A DNA stretch of 64,000 nt from Felis catus (GCF_018350175.1 NC_058368.1:175400001-175464000), one strand, 5' to 3'; counted from the stretch's first letter, positions 39,386 to 52,394 are shown. Made by a program: numbers and translations. Notes: generated by a model not told the origin, from the sequence alone.

Positions 39386-39510
39386 AGAGCGAGGCTCGAG
39401 CGAGAGGGGAAGAGCTCCTGGCAGCTGCCTGCCTGCTCCCTCACTCGCGCCCCCTCCCACCGGGGAACGGGCTCCCACACCATCTGTCATCTGGCACCAC
39501 CTGCTGTTTC
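39330..39510 (-). promoter_or_regulatory. NSG2 proximal promoter: CpG-enriched patch with RE1 half-sites and E-box cluster
   Basis: Clustered CpGs. E-boxes CAGCTG 39422, CATCTG 39481 and 39488, CACCTG 39498. REST half-sites at 39335-39357. Function is inferred from position. Confidence 0.65.
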
Positions 39511-41031
39511 TCATGCATGGCCACAACCAGGGCATGGGACAAAATGGTTTCAAGAAGTGGGAGGGATTCTGGCTATAATAATGGTAGTAATAATAATAAT
39601 AACCATATAACAAGCAATCCTTGAGTCTTTAGAAAAACGAAAGGAGACATATTCATTAGGAGGAGGGACCACCTTTTAAAATCTTCCAGAGCAATATTCT
39701 GAAAACCCAAATGGTACAGGACCTACACTGTGCTCTGACCTGGGGTAAGGAGTGAAGGGGAACTAATATTTATTGGGTATTTCCCATGCAGTGGGCACTT
39801 TTCCAGTCTCTTTCAGACTATTTCCCTCATTTGCAAAACATGATGGGGTTAGTATGAGGTGTGAATGTGATAACAACAGGAAGGGAGCTCAGAGCAGGTA
39901 ACATGGTGAGCACTGCATGTGAGAAGCTACTATACTCACAATGCCACTATAAACACACAGGTCAGCTAAGGTCGCATAGCTGGTATAGTACCAGGAACTG
40001 AAAGTTGAGCCCTGATCCGTGGCCACAGATGTTTGTATGCAGTCCACACGTATACTTTCCAGGTTGGTGTCTGGAATCAGGGAAGGAAAAGTCCTAGACT
40101 TCAAGGTCTCTAAAGTTCTGACTGTGAGGATCTTGGACATTTGGATTCACTCCCCGCCTCCATTTCTTTATCTTGGATGTGGGAATAATAATTCCTCCCT
40201 TGCAGAGTGGTTGTGAATAAGACAAGATTGTGCTCAAGGAAACCCTTTAATATAACTCTATTAGTCTATAGACTATAGACTATTACTGTAATAGTCTATA
40301 GACTATTATTCTCCTATTGAGTCCTGAAAAATATGTTTGACAGTTGAAAACAAAAATATGACATCTTTATGAGGTTTTCCATATGTATAGATGTAATATA
40401 TAGGATAAATGCAACATAAAGAGGGGAGGATAAAGGGACCACTATGGTGGTAATGTTTCTATACTCTAAGTGGTAAAGTATTGATCCCCACTAAACAGTG
40501 AAGTTAGCTATGTCTATTTTAATCCCCAGCGTTACCAAAAATATACAAAGATAAGGTCAAAACTGCAATAAGGAAATTTAAATGGAATACTAAAAAGTTC
40601 AAATAACCCCAAAAAAGGCAGGAAAGAAAAAAAGAGGAACAACAACAACAAAAACAAAGAAAACAAGAAACAAATAATGAAACAATAGTCTTAAATCCAA
40701 ACTTAGCATTGTCATCCAGAGTTGACAGTTTAGAGTTTAATCTTGGTGTTATATATTCTATGGATTTGGACAAATGTGTAATGACATGTATCTACCATCA
40801 AACTATCATACAGAATAGTTTCACTGCCCTAAAAATTCTCTGTGCTACACCTATTTATCCCTCCCTCTCCCCTAATGCTTGGCAACCACTGATCTTTTTA
40901 CTGTCTCCGTGATTTTGCCTTTCCAGAATGTCATATAGTTGGAATCAATAAGTTGACTTTTTAGATTGGTCCTTTCACATCATAAAATGCATTTGTGTGT
41001 CTTCCATGTCTTTTCATGGCTAGGTAGATCA

Positions 41032-41066
<35 letters not shown>

Positions 41067-42366
41067 GCACTGTGTAAGATTCCACTGTCTGGATGTACCA
41101 CAGTTTATCCATTCACCTACTAAAGGACATCATGGTTGCCTCCGCATTTTAGCAATTATGAATGTGGCTGCTCTACACGCTTCTGTGTGGGCATAAGTTT
41201 TCAACTCCTTTAGGTAAAAACCAACAAGTGCAATTCCTGGATCATATGATAAGAGTACGTTTAGTTTGGTAAGAAACTGCCAAACTAACTTCCAAAGTGT
41301 CTGTACCATTGTGCATTCCCAGGAGGAATGAATGAGAGTTTTCCTATTGTTCAGTTTTTTTTTTGTTTGTTTTCTTATTGTTGAGTTTTCTTTTCTTATT
41401 TCTTACTGTTGTTATTCTTATTCTATTGTCATTCTTATTCTATTGTTATTCTTATTGTTTTTATTTCTTATTGTTGTTTTCTTATTGTTGAGTTTTGAGA
41501 ATTCCTGTATATATTGGATAACAGTTCCTTATCAAATATGTCTTTTGCAAATATTTTCTCCCAGTCTGTGGCCTATCTTTTCATTCTCGACAGTATCCTC
41601 TGCAAAGCAGAATTTTTTAGTTTTGCTGATGTCCAGCTTATCAATTATTTCTTCCATGGTTCATGCCTTTGGTGTTGTATTTAAAACATTACCACCAAAT
41701 CCAACGTCATCTGGATTTTCTCCTATGCTAACTCCCAGAGATTTTATAGTTTTGCGTTTTACATTTACGTCTGTGATCCATTTTGAGTTCATCTTTGGGA
41801 AGTGTGTAAGGTCTTCATCTAGATTAATTATTTTGCATATGGACATCCAGTTGTTCCAGCACCATTATCAAAGATCAGTTGACTATATTTATTTAGGCTT
41901 ACTTCTGGGCTCTCTATTTTGTTTTATTGGTCTATTTGCCTATTCTTTCTCCAGTAAAACACTGTTTAGATTACTGTAGATTTATAGTAAGTCTTGAAGT
42001 CATATAGTGTCAGTCTTCCAACTTTGTTCTTCTTTTTCAATATTGTATTGGCTATTCTGGATCTTTTGCCTCTCCACGCAAACTTAAGAGTTAGTTCATT
42101 AATATCCAGAAAATAACTTGCTAGGATTTTGACTGAGATTGCATTGAACCTATAGATCAATAGAAAATCTGGCATCTTGGGAAAAACTGAAACATTTATA
42201 ATATTGAGTCTTTCTATCCATAAACATGGAATATCTCTCCATTTATTTAGATCTCCTTTGATTTCATTCATTATATTTTTATTTTTCTCATACATTCCAT
42301 ATATTTTGTTAGTTTATACCTAAGCATTTCATTTTTTGGTGATACTCTAAATGATATTGTGGGTTT

Positions 42367-42578
42367 CTTTAAAAATGCTTATTTTGAGAGAGAGAGAGAG
42401 AGAAAGAAAGGGAGAGAGAGAGCACAAGTGGGGAAGGGGCAGAGAGAGAGAATCTCGAGTAGGCTTCATGCTGTCAGCACAGAGCCTGATGAGTGGCTCG
42501 ATCTCATGAACCGTGAGATCATGACCTGAACCAAAACCAAGAGGTGGATGCTAAATCAACTGAGCCACCCAGGCACCC
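42367..42578 (-). mobile_element. Can-SINE nested in L1
   Basis: Reverse-strand SINE ending gccacccaggcaccc. Confidence 0.9.
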
Positions 42579-43414
42579 TGGTATTGTGTTTTTAATTTCA
42601 AATTCTACTTGTTAGTTGGTGGTGTATAGGAAAACTTTGTACACTAACCTTGTATCCTGCAACTTTGCTGTAACTGCTTATTAGGTCTAGGAGTTTTGTT
42701 GCTGATTCTCTCAGGTTTTCTACGGAGACTATCAAGTCATCTATAAATAAATACAGTTTTATTTCTTCCTTCCCAATCTGTATACCTTTTATTGCCTTTC
42801 ATGCCTTATTGCATTTTATAGGACTTATAGTATGATGTTGAAAACACAGTAATAAGACATCCTTGCCTTGTTCTTGGTCTTAGTGGGCAGTTTTCTAACA
42901 TTAGGTATGATATTACCTGTAGGTTTTTGTGATGATGTTCTTTATGAAGTTAAGAAGTTCCCTCCCCTCTAAAAGTTTTTATCATAAATGAATGATGGAT
43001 TTTGTCAAATGCTTTTTCTGCATCTGTTGAAATGAACATGCAATTTTTCCTCTTTAGCCTGTTGATTTCCAAATGTTGAACCAGTTTTGCATACCTGGGA
43101 TAAATGGCTGTGTGTATAATTGGTTGTGTGTATAATTATTTTTATACATTATTGGATTCAATCTGCTAATAATTTGTTGAGGATTTTTACATCTATGTTC
43201 ATGAAAGATATTCATCTGTAGTTTTCTTCTTTTGGAAACTCTTTGTCTGATTTTGGTATTAGGGCAATGTTGGACTCACAGAATAAGTTAGGAAGTATTC
43301 TCTCTGTTCCTATCTTCTGGAAAAGATTGCAGTTAATTGGTATAATTTCTTGTTTACTGTTTGGTAGAAACCACCATTGAATCCATCTGGGCCTGGTGCT
43401 TTCTGTTTTGAAAG

Positions 43415-43562
43415 GGATGGGCTACATGGGCGATGGGCATTAAGGAAGGCACTTGTTGGGATGAGCCCTGGGTGTAATATGTAAGTGATGAATCACTGAA
43501 TTCTGCTCCTGAAATCAATACTGCAGTATATGTTAACTAACTTGAATTTAAATTTAAAAAAA
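43415..43562 (+). mobile_element. Short carnivore L1 3' tail nested in older L1
   Basis: gatgggcattaaggaaggcacttgttgggatgagccctgggtg...gatgaatcactgaattct...aacttgaatttaaa resembles the 3'UTR end seen at 6900-6990. Confidence 0.8.
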
Positions 43563-45104
43563 GGTTATTATTGATTCTATGTCTTTAAGAGATATAGATC
43601 ACTTAGACTATTCCTTCTTGTGTGAATTTTGGTAGAGTGTGTCTTTCAAGGAATTGGTCCATTTTATCTACATGATTAAATTTGCGGGCATATCATAGTA
43701 TGTTTTATTATACTTTTAGGGTATATGGAATTGTAATGATGTCTCCTTTTTTATTTCTGATATTAGTAATTTGTGTCCTTCATTTTCTTTTCAGGTAGCC
43801 TGGTCAGAAGCTTATTAATTTTATTAATCTTTTCAAGAAGCAGCTTTTGGTTTTGTTGATTTTCTCTATTGATTTCCTTTTACTTACTTCTTCAGATATG
43901 TATTGACCCTGTTTTCCTTCTTCTTATTTTCTGGGATGCCAATTACATGTATGTCAGACCTTGTCCCAACATCTCTTAAGGGAATGTGTCCATGTGTTTT
44001 CTCTATTGTCATGTGTTTTTCTTTTTCCTCTTCATGCTTTAATCTAGATATTTTCTGTTTGAACTATCTTCCACTTTTCTAATTGGCTCATAGGATTTTT
44101 ATGGGTTTTTTTGTTTAACTTGCCCAATTTCCTGGCAAATTGTCTATTGAGTTTTAATTTTAGTTATTTAAAGATAGTCTTTATAGTTCCTTTTGTAGAT
44201 GTCAGGTCTTTGACATTTTGCATTTTATCACCTGTTTTCTTAATTACACTATTCACAAATATTTCAAAGTCCATGTTTGATCATTCTAGTATCCAGATCA
44301 CATATGGACCTGGGTCTATTACCTTTTTATTATCCCTTGGTTGACCCTGACATGCCTATTAATTTTTTATTGATTATTTCACACTGTGTATGAAAAATAC
44401 ATGGAGGCTGTAGATTCTATTATTTTCCTAAAAAGACCATTTAATTTTATTCTGACAGGTAGTTAAATAGGGGCAAATTCATTTGGATCCAATTAGGGAT
44501 TGAGTTAGAGGCCAGGTTTCAGTTCTTGTAAAATCTGATCTACTTTTGGTTTGAACAGTCCCTTGGGGGTCTCAAATGATAACCCAGGGTGTTCATCAAA
44601 ACTCCTCCTCCATGGCAGACACTGAACTCCAATTGTTGTTTCTCTGTGGCACCATGAAACATCAAAGGTTCAATTCAAGTCTCTTCATATCCATTCCCTA
44701 TTTGGGTTATCAGCTTTAAGGACGACGTTGAAATCAGAAAACACCTTGAGGGAAAATATGGTAGAGAAGTTTGGGCTCACTTTCCAGCAGTTCCCTTTTC
44801 TCTAGGGTCTTGTCCCTTCCAGTCCTGGATAGCTTGGTAGCCATGAATTCCAAAGTTTGGCTCTCTAGCCCCAAGAGACTGATGAAAGTTCTTGGCCACG
44901 TCTTTCTGCTAAGTTTCTAGGCATATCATTAAGCACTGGCGGTGTGAAGGGGAAAAGCAGTGAGAATTGAGCGTCTGCCCCAGTCCATTATTAATTTCTT
45001 TTCAGAACCTTAGCTCCCTGGGTCCTTGCTTCACCGGTTCTTCTCCTTCAAACAGCTGTTTTGTTTGTTTCAGTTTTAATTAACAAAGTTTTTTTTCTAA
45101 TATT

Positions 45105-45287
45105 TATTTAATTGGGGCTACAGTGTGAGCAGGGGAGATGCAGAGAGAGGGGGACAGAGGATCCTAAGAGGGCTCTGTGCTGACAGGCTAACAGCAGTGA
45201 GCCTGATGTGGGGCTTGAACTCACAAACTGTGAGATCACGACCTGAGCCAAAGTTGGACACTCAACCAGTTGAGCCACCCAGGTGCT
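45105..45287 (-). mobile_element. Can-SINE (older)
   Basis: Reverse-strand SINE ending gagccacccaggtgctcc. Confidence 0.88.
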
Positions 45288-45299
45288 CCAACAAACTTT

Positions 45300-45515
45300 A
45301 TTTTTTTTTTTCCAACGTTTATTTATTTTTGGGACAGAGAGAGACAGAGCATGAACGGGGGAGGGGCAGAGAGAGAGGGAGACACAGAATCGGAAACAGG
45401 CTCCAGGCTCCGAGCCATCAGCCCAGAGCCCGACGCGGGGCTCGAACTCCCGGACCGCGAGATCGTGACCTGGCTGAAGTCGGACACTTAACCGACTGCG
45501 CCACCCAGGCGCCCC
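45300..45515 (-). mobile_element. Young Can-SINE (SINEC_Fc type), tandem to the previous one
   Basis: Near-consensus copy flanked by caaacttta repeats. Confidence 0.95.
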
Positions 45516-45519
45516 AAAC

Positions 45520-46450
45520 TTTACTTTTTTTAAAGCAGGTTCAGGTTTACAGAAAAATTGAGCAGGAAGTATACAGAGTTCCCACATACACCCTCTCCTG
45601 CCACCACCCACCCTGTGCAAACACACATCCAGTTTCTCCTGTTACTGACATCTGACATTAGTGTGGAACGTGTATCACAATTGATAAATTGGTTCAAATT
45701 GGATGAGCCGATATTGATACATTATTATTATTAACTAAAATCCATTATTTAAATTAGGATTTACTTTGTATTGTACACTCTGTGAGTTTTGCCAAATGTA
45801 TAATGTATCTACCATTACATGTATATAATACATTCATCATTACAGCATCATACAGAAGAGTTTCACTGCCCTAAAAACCCCTTGTACTCTGCCTTTTCAT
45901 CTCTCCCTCCTTCCCCCCAAACCCCTCACAAGGACTGACTATAAATTTGCCTTTTTCAGAATGTCATATAGTTGGAATCATACAGTATGTTCACCTTTTC
46001 AGATTGGCTCCTTTCACTTAGCAATATGCATTTGAGGGTCCTCTATGTCTTTTCATGGCTTAATAGCTCATTAGTTTTTACCACTGAATAGTATTCCATT
46101 ATTTGGATATACCACAATGTATTTATCCATTCACGCAGGGAAAGACATCTTGATCACTTCCAAGTTTTAGCAACTATGAATAAGGCTACATTAAACATTT
46201 GTGTGCAGGTTTTTATGTAAACGTAAGTTTTCAACTCATTTGGGTAAATACCAAGAAAAGGGAATGCTAGATCATATGGTAAGCGTATGTTTAGTTTTGT
46301 AAAAGACTGCCACACTCTTCCAAAGTATTTGTATTATTTTGCCGCCCCAATAGCAGTGAATGAGAGTTCCTGCTGCTCCACACCTTACTAGCATTTAGCG
46401 TTGTCAGTGTTTTGGATTTCAGCCAATCCAAAGCTGTATCTCATTGTTTC
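45520..46450 (-). mobile_element. LINE-1 3' end (L1MB/MC-like)
   Basis: tttacagaaaaattgagcagg...catcatacagaagagtttcactgccctaaaaa...gaatgtcatatagttggaatcatacagtatg; related to 40740-41340. Confidence 0.85.
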
Positions 46451-46782
46451 AAATAGCTGTTTCTATTTTAGCCAAAACTTTAGTTGTTCTCAGTTTAGAA
46501 GTATTGCCAAGCTTCTCCATCATGCCAAACAAGAATTTGGGACTTACCCTCTCAGGTCCTAAGTTCAAAATTCCCAGAGAAGGGCTCTGATGGGCCCTAG
46601 TTGAGTCCAGTGACCACTTTTGACAAGGGAAACAAAATTTGAAAAAGATCACAACTTCCATTCAAACCACACGGTTGAAGTGGACAAAAGCACTTCTTGG
46701 AAAAAAAGGAAGGGGGTGTTTCCAAAAAGTGGGAAGGAGGGTTGATCACTCAAAATAACAGATATCTAAATACCACAGTAGT

Positions 46783-47009
46783 GGGGTGCCTGGGTGGCTC
46801 AGTCGGTTAAGCGTCCGACTTCGGCTCAAGTCATGATCTTACAGTTTGTGGGTTCGAGCCTCGCGTCGAGCTTTGTGCTGACAGCTCGGAACCCGGAGCC
46901 TGCTTCAAATTCTCTGTCTCCCTCTCTCTTTGCCCCTCCCTTGCTTGCGCTCTGTCTGTCTCTGTCTCTCAAAGGTGAATAAATGCTTTAAATAAATAAA
47001 TAAATAAAT
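46783..47009 (+). mobile_element. Can-SINE
   Basis: TSD taaataccacagtag on both sides; (AAAT)n tail. Confidence 0.93.
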
Positions 47010-47344
47010 AAATACCACAGTAGCATGCTGAAAAGTTTAAACTTTATCAACATCACCCTTAACTAATAGTATACTCTTAAGACGATGTATTGGCATTCCT
47101 GGATGAAACAGAAATAATTATTCTTTAAATATTATCTGACAATTGTAGGTGGCTTGCACCATAAATTACTTACAAAGAATATTTTTAAATCACCTTACTA
47201 GCTAGTAAGAATATTTTTAAATCATGTGTTTAGCATGTCATAGGCATTTTTTCACTTATAAATTTTTAAGTTGTTATTCATTGTTTCTATGAGTTTTCAA
47301 TCATTTTCCTTAATAATTGTGTGCATATTATGGAAATTAAAGAT

Positions 47345-47540
47345 ACAGTCTTTAGAGCCAGACTGTCTGGGGTCAAAACCCAGCCTTGCCACTTGCTAGA
47401 CTTCTGGTCTCGGGTAAGTTTCTTAACCTCTTTGTGCCTCAGTTTCCTTATCATAAATACAGGACACTACTAATACTTACTGTGTAGGGTCACTATAAGG
47501 AGTTAATATCTGTAAGATGCTTAGAACAACACTTGCAAGT
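47345..47540 (+). mobile_element. MIR SINE
   Basis: tttagagccagactgtctggggtcaaaacccagccttgccacttgctag...cttaacctctttgtgcctcagtttcctt. Confidence 0.85.
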
Positions 47541-47889
47541 ATTTACTCAACTTATTCAATAATTAGATACACATTGTTTTAGACCTAGCTCCTATATTAA
47601 TCAGTTTTATTTTTAGTTTTCTAATTTATACTTCTTAAATGTTTTCTTCTTGATTTCCTTAAGTGTATTTTATTTTTCTCTTTTGAACTTCCTGGAACAA
47701 ATATCTAGTTTATTGGTTTGCTTTCTTCCTGTTTGAAAATGAGAAATTAATGTTATTATTTTAATTTACCTCTGGTTATTGCTGTTCTTTCATTATCATT
47801 CTTCAACTATTTCATAACTAAAGATTTGTTTCTCTGACGCAAGAGTCACTCAGTAAATAGCTTTATTTTTATTTATAAATGCTTACGTT

Positions 47890-48046
47890 TCTTTTTTTAT
47901 TTTTGAGGGAGAGAGAGAAAGAATCTTAAGCAGGCTCCGTGTTCACACAGAGTGTAACTTGGGGCTCTATCCCACAACCCTGGGATCATGACCTGAGCCA
48001 AAATCAAAAGTCAGATGCTCAACTGACTGAGCCACCCAGATGCTCC
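47890..48046 (-). mobile_element. Can-SINE (older, shortened)
   Basis: gatcatgacctgagccaaaatcaaaagtcagatgctcaactgactgagccacccag. Confidence 0.85.
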
Positions 48047-49889
48047 ATTTCAAATGCTTACTTTTCATTGTTGCTAATTTGTATATTTTGAGATCCATTT
48101 CCAGTTTTATGGTTTGTAGTCCAAGCGTGTTTTCTGTAAATTTTCTGATTTGCAGAATGTATTAAGTTTTCTTTGTGGCCTAACATATGAACTATTTCTG
48201 TTAAAATTTTCTGAGCATAAGAAAATAAATCATTTTCTGTCCCAATACAGATTTTTTTATATATAACTATTAAGTCAAATCTGTTACATAAAACATTTAA
48301 ATCTTCTGTACCCCAACTGGTTTCTCACTTGCTTGATCTATCAGGAAATTAGAGATAGGTGATGCTTTTTGATCACTGTCGTGGTATTTCTCCTTGCAGT
48401 AAAGTTATGTTATCTGACATACAGCTTCATGATGTCACATCTTCTTGTAAATTTTGCTTTTATGGATGTAAAATGACCTATTATTCCTTTTCAGTGCTTT
48501 GTGATTTTAATTCCTCTCTATCTAAACTACAAATACAAACTCCTCTTTCTATGGTTTGTATTTGTTCTTCCCAGTTTTTGGATTGAACTTGGACTTTATT
48601 TCTTGCCTAGGTCATTACAAGTAGTCTTTTTAATATGGGAACTTAACTCCTTAAAATGAACTCTTATGAAGACATGTATTGTCTTATACTTGTCGTAATC
48701 TTCATGGTTCCTTGCTATTTCTTTCATGGTTTTCTACATACATTTTTTTTTCTTTACTAATTTGAAAGGCACACATAATGTTTTAAAATTATGTCTTCAG
48801 TTATTTTTTAGTATACCAAAAACATTTGAATCAACATTCATCTCCCAGCTTCAAGAATAGAACAAAATCCTTTGATCTCCTCCCATGTAAAGTGAGATGA
48901 TTAGCATACATTTTTTTTCTCCTCCTTTTCCTGCCTCTCATTTCTCCCACATTTATCAGATATTAAACCCAAGTCTTTACTTTCCCTGATGCACATTTTC
49001 CCATTGTATTTCCATTTCCTGAGACACGCTTGTCAAGATTCAGAGTGGGAGAAAAGTGAATACAGTGTGAGTCTTTTCCCAAAGCGCTCAATGAGACTGT
49101 ATCTGAAAATAATTATGTTACATACATAAGTTTCAAAGGATCTGTGAGCTTCTGTGATAGGTTTTCATTACATCTTAGCATTTAATGTTTTGTTTTGTTT
49201 CCATGTATAAGATATATCTCCAATGAAAGAGATGATAAAAGCAATTTAAATGTCTCATTATAAATCTTGTTAAGTTGTCAGTTTAAGAATGTTATTCAAA
49301 ATTTAATGGTGTGGTAGGAATATAAGCTTTTTAGAAATCTGTTCTAAGAATCTCCCAGAGGCCAGCATAAAAGGAAGCTATGCTCATACTATTGCTAGGA
49401 GCTCTATATTTAAATTTCAAACAACAGCAGTCAGAAAGCTATGAAAAGCATGAGATTCTCTTTCTTCTTAAAAAAGGGAAGAGGGCATTGCCTACTTTTG
49501 ATTTAAAGGAAAAATGGACAATAGAGAGGCAGAAAGGCAAATGACAGAAAGGCCAGTCCACATTTCCTCTCGGATTGGCTAGAAATAGACACAGAAGAAG
49601 GATTTCTAAATAAAGAAGGCGAGTCTTGGGGGTGGAAATTGACATCAGCTTAACTCAAGCAGGATGACTTATGAAGAACCCTTCCAATTAAGTCTGGGGA
49701 TCCGCCTAGAGATAAGTTGATAAGAATAAAACTTTTTAAAAGTTTCAAATTTTGTCTAGAAGTATATGTCTTTAAGATGCATTCCAAGGAAATTTTTCCT
49801 GTTAAATGATCCATTCACCTGTGCCTTCCAACAAAAGTTTTCTCAGTCTATGTTGTAAAATGAGTCACAGTTGAGTGGAAAGTTTTGGT

Positions 49890-50262
49890 TGTAGAAGAGG
49901 CTCCCCCAAAATCCAATTCTGAGAGCTCTGACTGCATGAAACATTTTAGAGAATGTTCTCACAATGAAGAAGGGAAGGGGGAAGGAAGCAGGACCAGGGG
50001 GAGAACCTGAACTGTGATACAATCTCAACAAAGCCCTCAGACAATCTCACAAGTACCTATGATGGCCTTTCTCAGTTGTCCTGAGTTCAGATGCAGATGG
50101 GCACCTTTCTCCGAGAGGGCAAGACCTTGGGCAATGTGGCTTTCTTCAGCCAAGGGCAGTTCTTGGAGAGGGCTAGAAGCTAAGGCTGTCAGCCAACACC
50201 TGAGGGGCAAAAGATTCTGAGTCCCGAAGGGGGATCTAACTGCGCAGCATGGCATCCACCAC
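49890..50262 (-). mobile_element. ERVL-class solo LTR (LTR16-like)
   Basis: The minus strand begins TGTGGTGGATGCC...AGATCCCCCTTCGGGACT...GTGTTGGCTGACAGC...GCCCTTGGCTGAAG...GCCCAAGGTC, as in LTR16-type LTRs. Confidence 0.7.
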
Positions 50263-50329
50263 AGGCTCTGTCCTAGGCTGTCCTCGCGTTCCCTCATTCG
50301 ACAGTCACAACCTGGGACTTCAAATATCC

Positions 50330-51150
50330 TTCACAAACCAATAACTCCTAAATGTTTGTCTCAAGCAGAGAGATTTCTTCTGGACTCCAGACGCATACAT
50401 ACAACTCTTTTCCTTGACATTTCCATTTCAATGGTTCACAGGCACTTGAACCACAACATGTCCGAAACGAAACTCCTGATCTCTCCCCTCAAACCTGTTC
50501 CTCCCGTGTTGCCTCGTGGTGAATTGCACCATCATTCATCCATTATCCGACCAAAAAAACGAGGATTTCCTGACATCTTATTCCTCATTCCTACATCCAG
50601 TCACCGGCTCCTGATCATCCTCCCGCCAAAATACATCTCACATCGGCCCACCCTTCTGTTTCCATGACTCCTGAATCCATCCTGTCTCCCCATCTAACAA
50701 GTCTTGTGGCAACTGTATTTTCCTCCCCACCAATCTACTGTAGTCCAAGCCATTTCTGTAAAATGAAAGTCTAGTAATTTTATTTCCTTACTTAGAACCC
50801 TTCAGAGGCTTTTCTTCTTCATCTCCTGCTCCTCCCCCCGACTCCTCCCTCTCCTCCTCCTCCTTAAAGATAAAGTCCAACATCTCAAACTTAGCCTGAA
50901 AGGCTCTTTATGGTTTGTCCTCTGTGTATTCCACAAGTTTCACCCCTGCCACTCTTCCCCTTACAGCTATGCTCCAGCTTCCCTGACTCCCCAAACACAC
51001 TCCTTCCCAATCCAGAGACTTTCCACATGATGTATCTTCTGTGGCTTCCTCTTCAGGGAGTGCTCTTTCCCATTCCTGTAATAATTTCATAAAATTCTTC
51101 AGAGTCACTTAAATATGACTTCATCAGAGAAGTCTCCCCTGAGACCTCAG
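50330..51150 (+). mobile_element. L2 LINE remnant
   Basis: aactcctaaatg...ctccagac...cttgacatttccattt...caacatgtccgaaacgaaactcctgatct...cttagaacccttcagaggctt. Confidence 0.75.
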
Positions 51151-51487
51151 ACTATACTTGACTCCTCGTGGCTCCCATAAGACTGTTTTTTATGTTGAAA
51201 TACCTACTGTTCTTAAAACATTTTATGATTATTTGTGTAAATATGGCTTAATGAGAGTAGGGATTGAGTTCTTCCAATCTAAATATTAATAACCAGGAGG
51301 TAGATGGTCCACATCATATGATGAAATATTGTTATGCAGTCATTAAAATGATGTCATAGAATATTAAGTAACATGGGAAATGTTTATAATGTTGAATAAG
51401 AAGAGTGCTCAAAATTATAGAGACATTATGATTTTGACTCTGTGAAAATATAAAGGCTGAATACCAACTACTAAAAAGAAAGAATAT

Positions 51488-51690
51488 GGGGTGCCAGGGT
51501 GGCTCAGTCAGTTAAGTGTCCGACTTTGGCTCAGGTCATGATCTCACAGTTTGTGGGTTCAAGCCCCGCATTGGGCTCTGTGCTGACAGCTCAGAACCTG
51601 GAGCCTGCTTCAGATTCTGTCTCCGTCGCTCTCTGCCCCTCCCCACTCATGCTCTGTCTCTGTCTCTCTTCAAAAATAAATAAACATTAA
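51488..51690 (+). mobile_element. Can-SINE
   Basis: Typical head and tail; flanking aagaaagaata repeat. Confidence 0.92.
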
Positions 51691-51943
51691 GAAAGAATAA
51701 TTATGAAATGTGACAGAGGTGCTAATCATTGCCATAGTGGCAATCATATTACCATAGGTAAATGTATCAAATTAACATGTTGTACACCTTAAATTTACAC
51801 AATGTTATGTGTCAAATATATTTCAGTAAAAAAGACTGAAAGATATAAAAATGTTTATGGATATTTTTCTGGATGAAATTTTGGTGGATTTTCATTCTTA
51901 TCTCAACACTTCTTGGCTCATCTCTCTCAAAACATGTGATTTA

Positions 51944-52140
51944 GGGGCACCTGGGTGGCTCAGTCAGTTAAGCGGTCGACTTCGGCTCAGGTCATGATCT
52001 CCCGGTTCGTGAATTTGAGCCCTGCGTCAGGCTCTGTGCGGAGCCTGCTTCGGATCCTCTGTCCCCCTCTCTCTCTCTGCCCCTCCCCTACTTGCACTCT
52101 CTCTCAAAAATAAACATTATAAAATAAAAATAAAATAAAT
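51944..52140 (+). mobile_element. Can-SINE
   Basis: ggggcacctgggtggctcagtcagttaagcg head and A-rich tail. Confidence 0.92.
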
Positions 52141-52394
52141 GTTATTTATTTCTAAACCAATGGAGGGAAATGAGTAATTTTCTGTTAGAGAAAACTCTAC
52201 TGAGTTCTAGGAAACAAACTTTTCTAAACAACAGCATTTTTTTTTTTTTTTAGTAAGGTAAGTCAAGCAACATGGTGAAATCAAATAGTTGAGTGCAAGT
52301 TTACTGGGTGTTATGGAACACTTCGTGGAAAATTCTTTGTATTCCTCTCTGACACACCAGAGAGGATTTATAGACTGTAAGTATCTTTTACTAT

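Larger units (their letters stand above)
40720..43870 (-). mobile_element. Old LINE-1 (L1MB/MC-like) 3' end plus ORF2 fragments, interrupted by a SINE and a short L1 tail
   Basis: Minus-strand ORFs 41661-41846 (KMNSKWITDVNVK) and 41966-42295 (DLNKWRDIPCLWIERLNII...DFKTYYK) are L1 ORF2 peptides. Confidence 0.9.

Noticed and set aside
39277..39483. 68-aa minus-strand ORF over exon 1 and the promoter
   Set aside because: Its start lies upstream of the likely TSS, it has no recognisable homology, and such ORFs are expected in GC-rich DNA.
41332..41979. 215-aa hydrophobic ORF resembling a membrane protein
   Set aside because: Antisense L1 plus T-rich low-complexity sequence.
45108..45655. Recurrent ORFs with RETEHERGRGRERGRHRIGNRLQ / AQSVKRPTSA peptides, here and at many other sites
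   Set aside because: Translations of Can-SINE copies, not a gene family.
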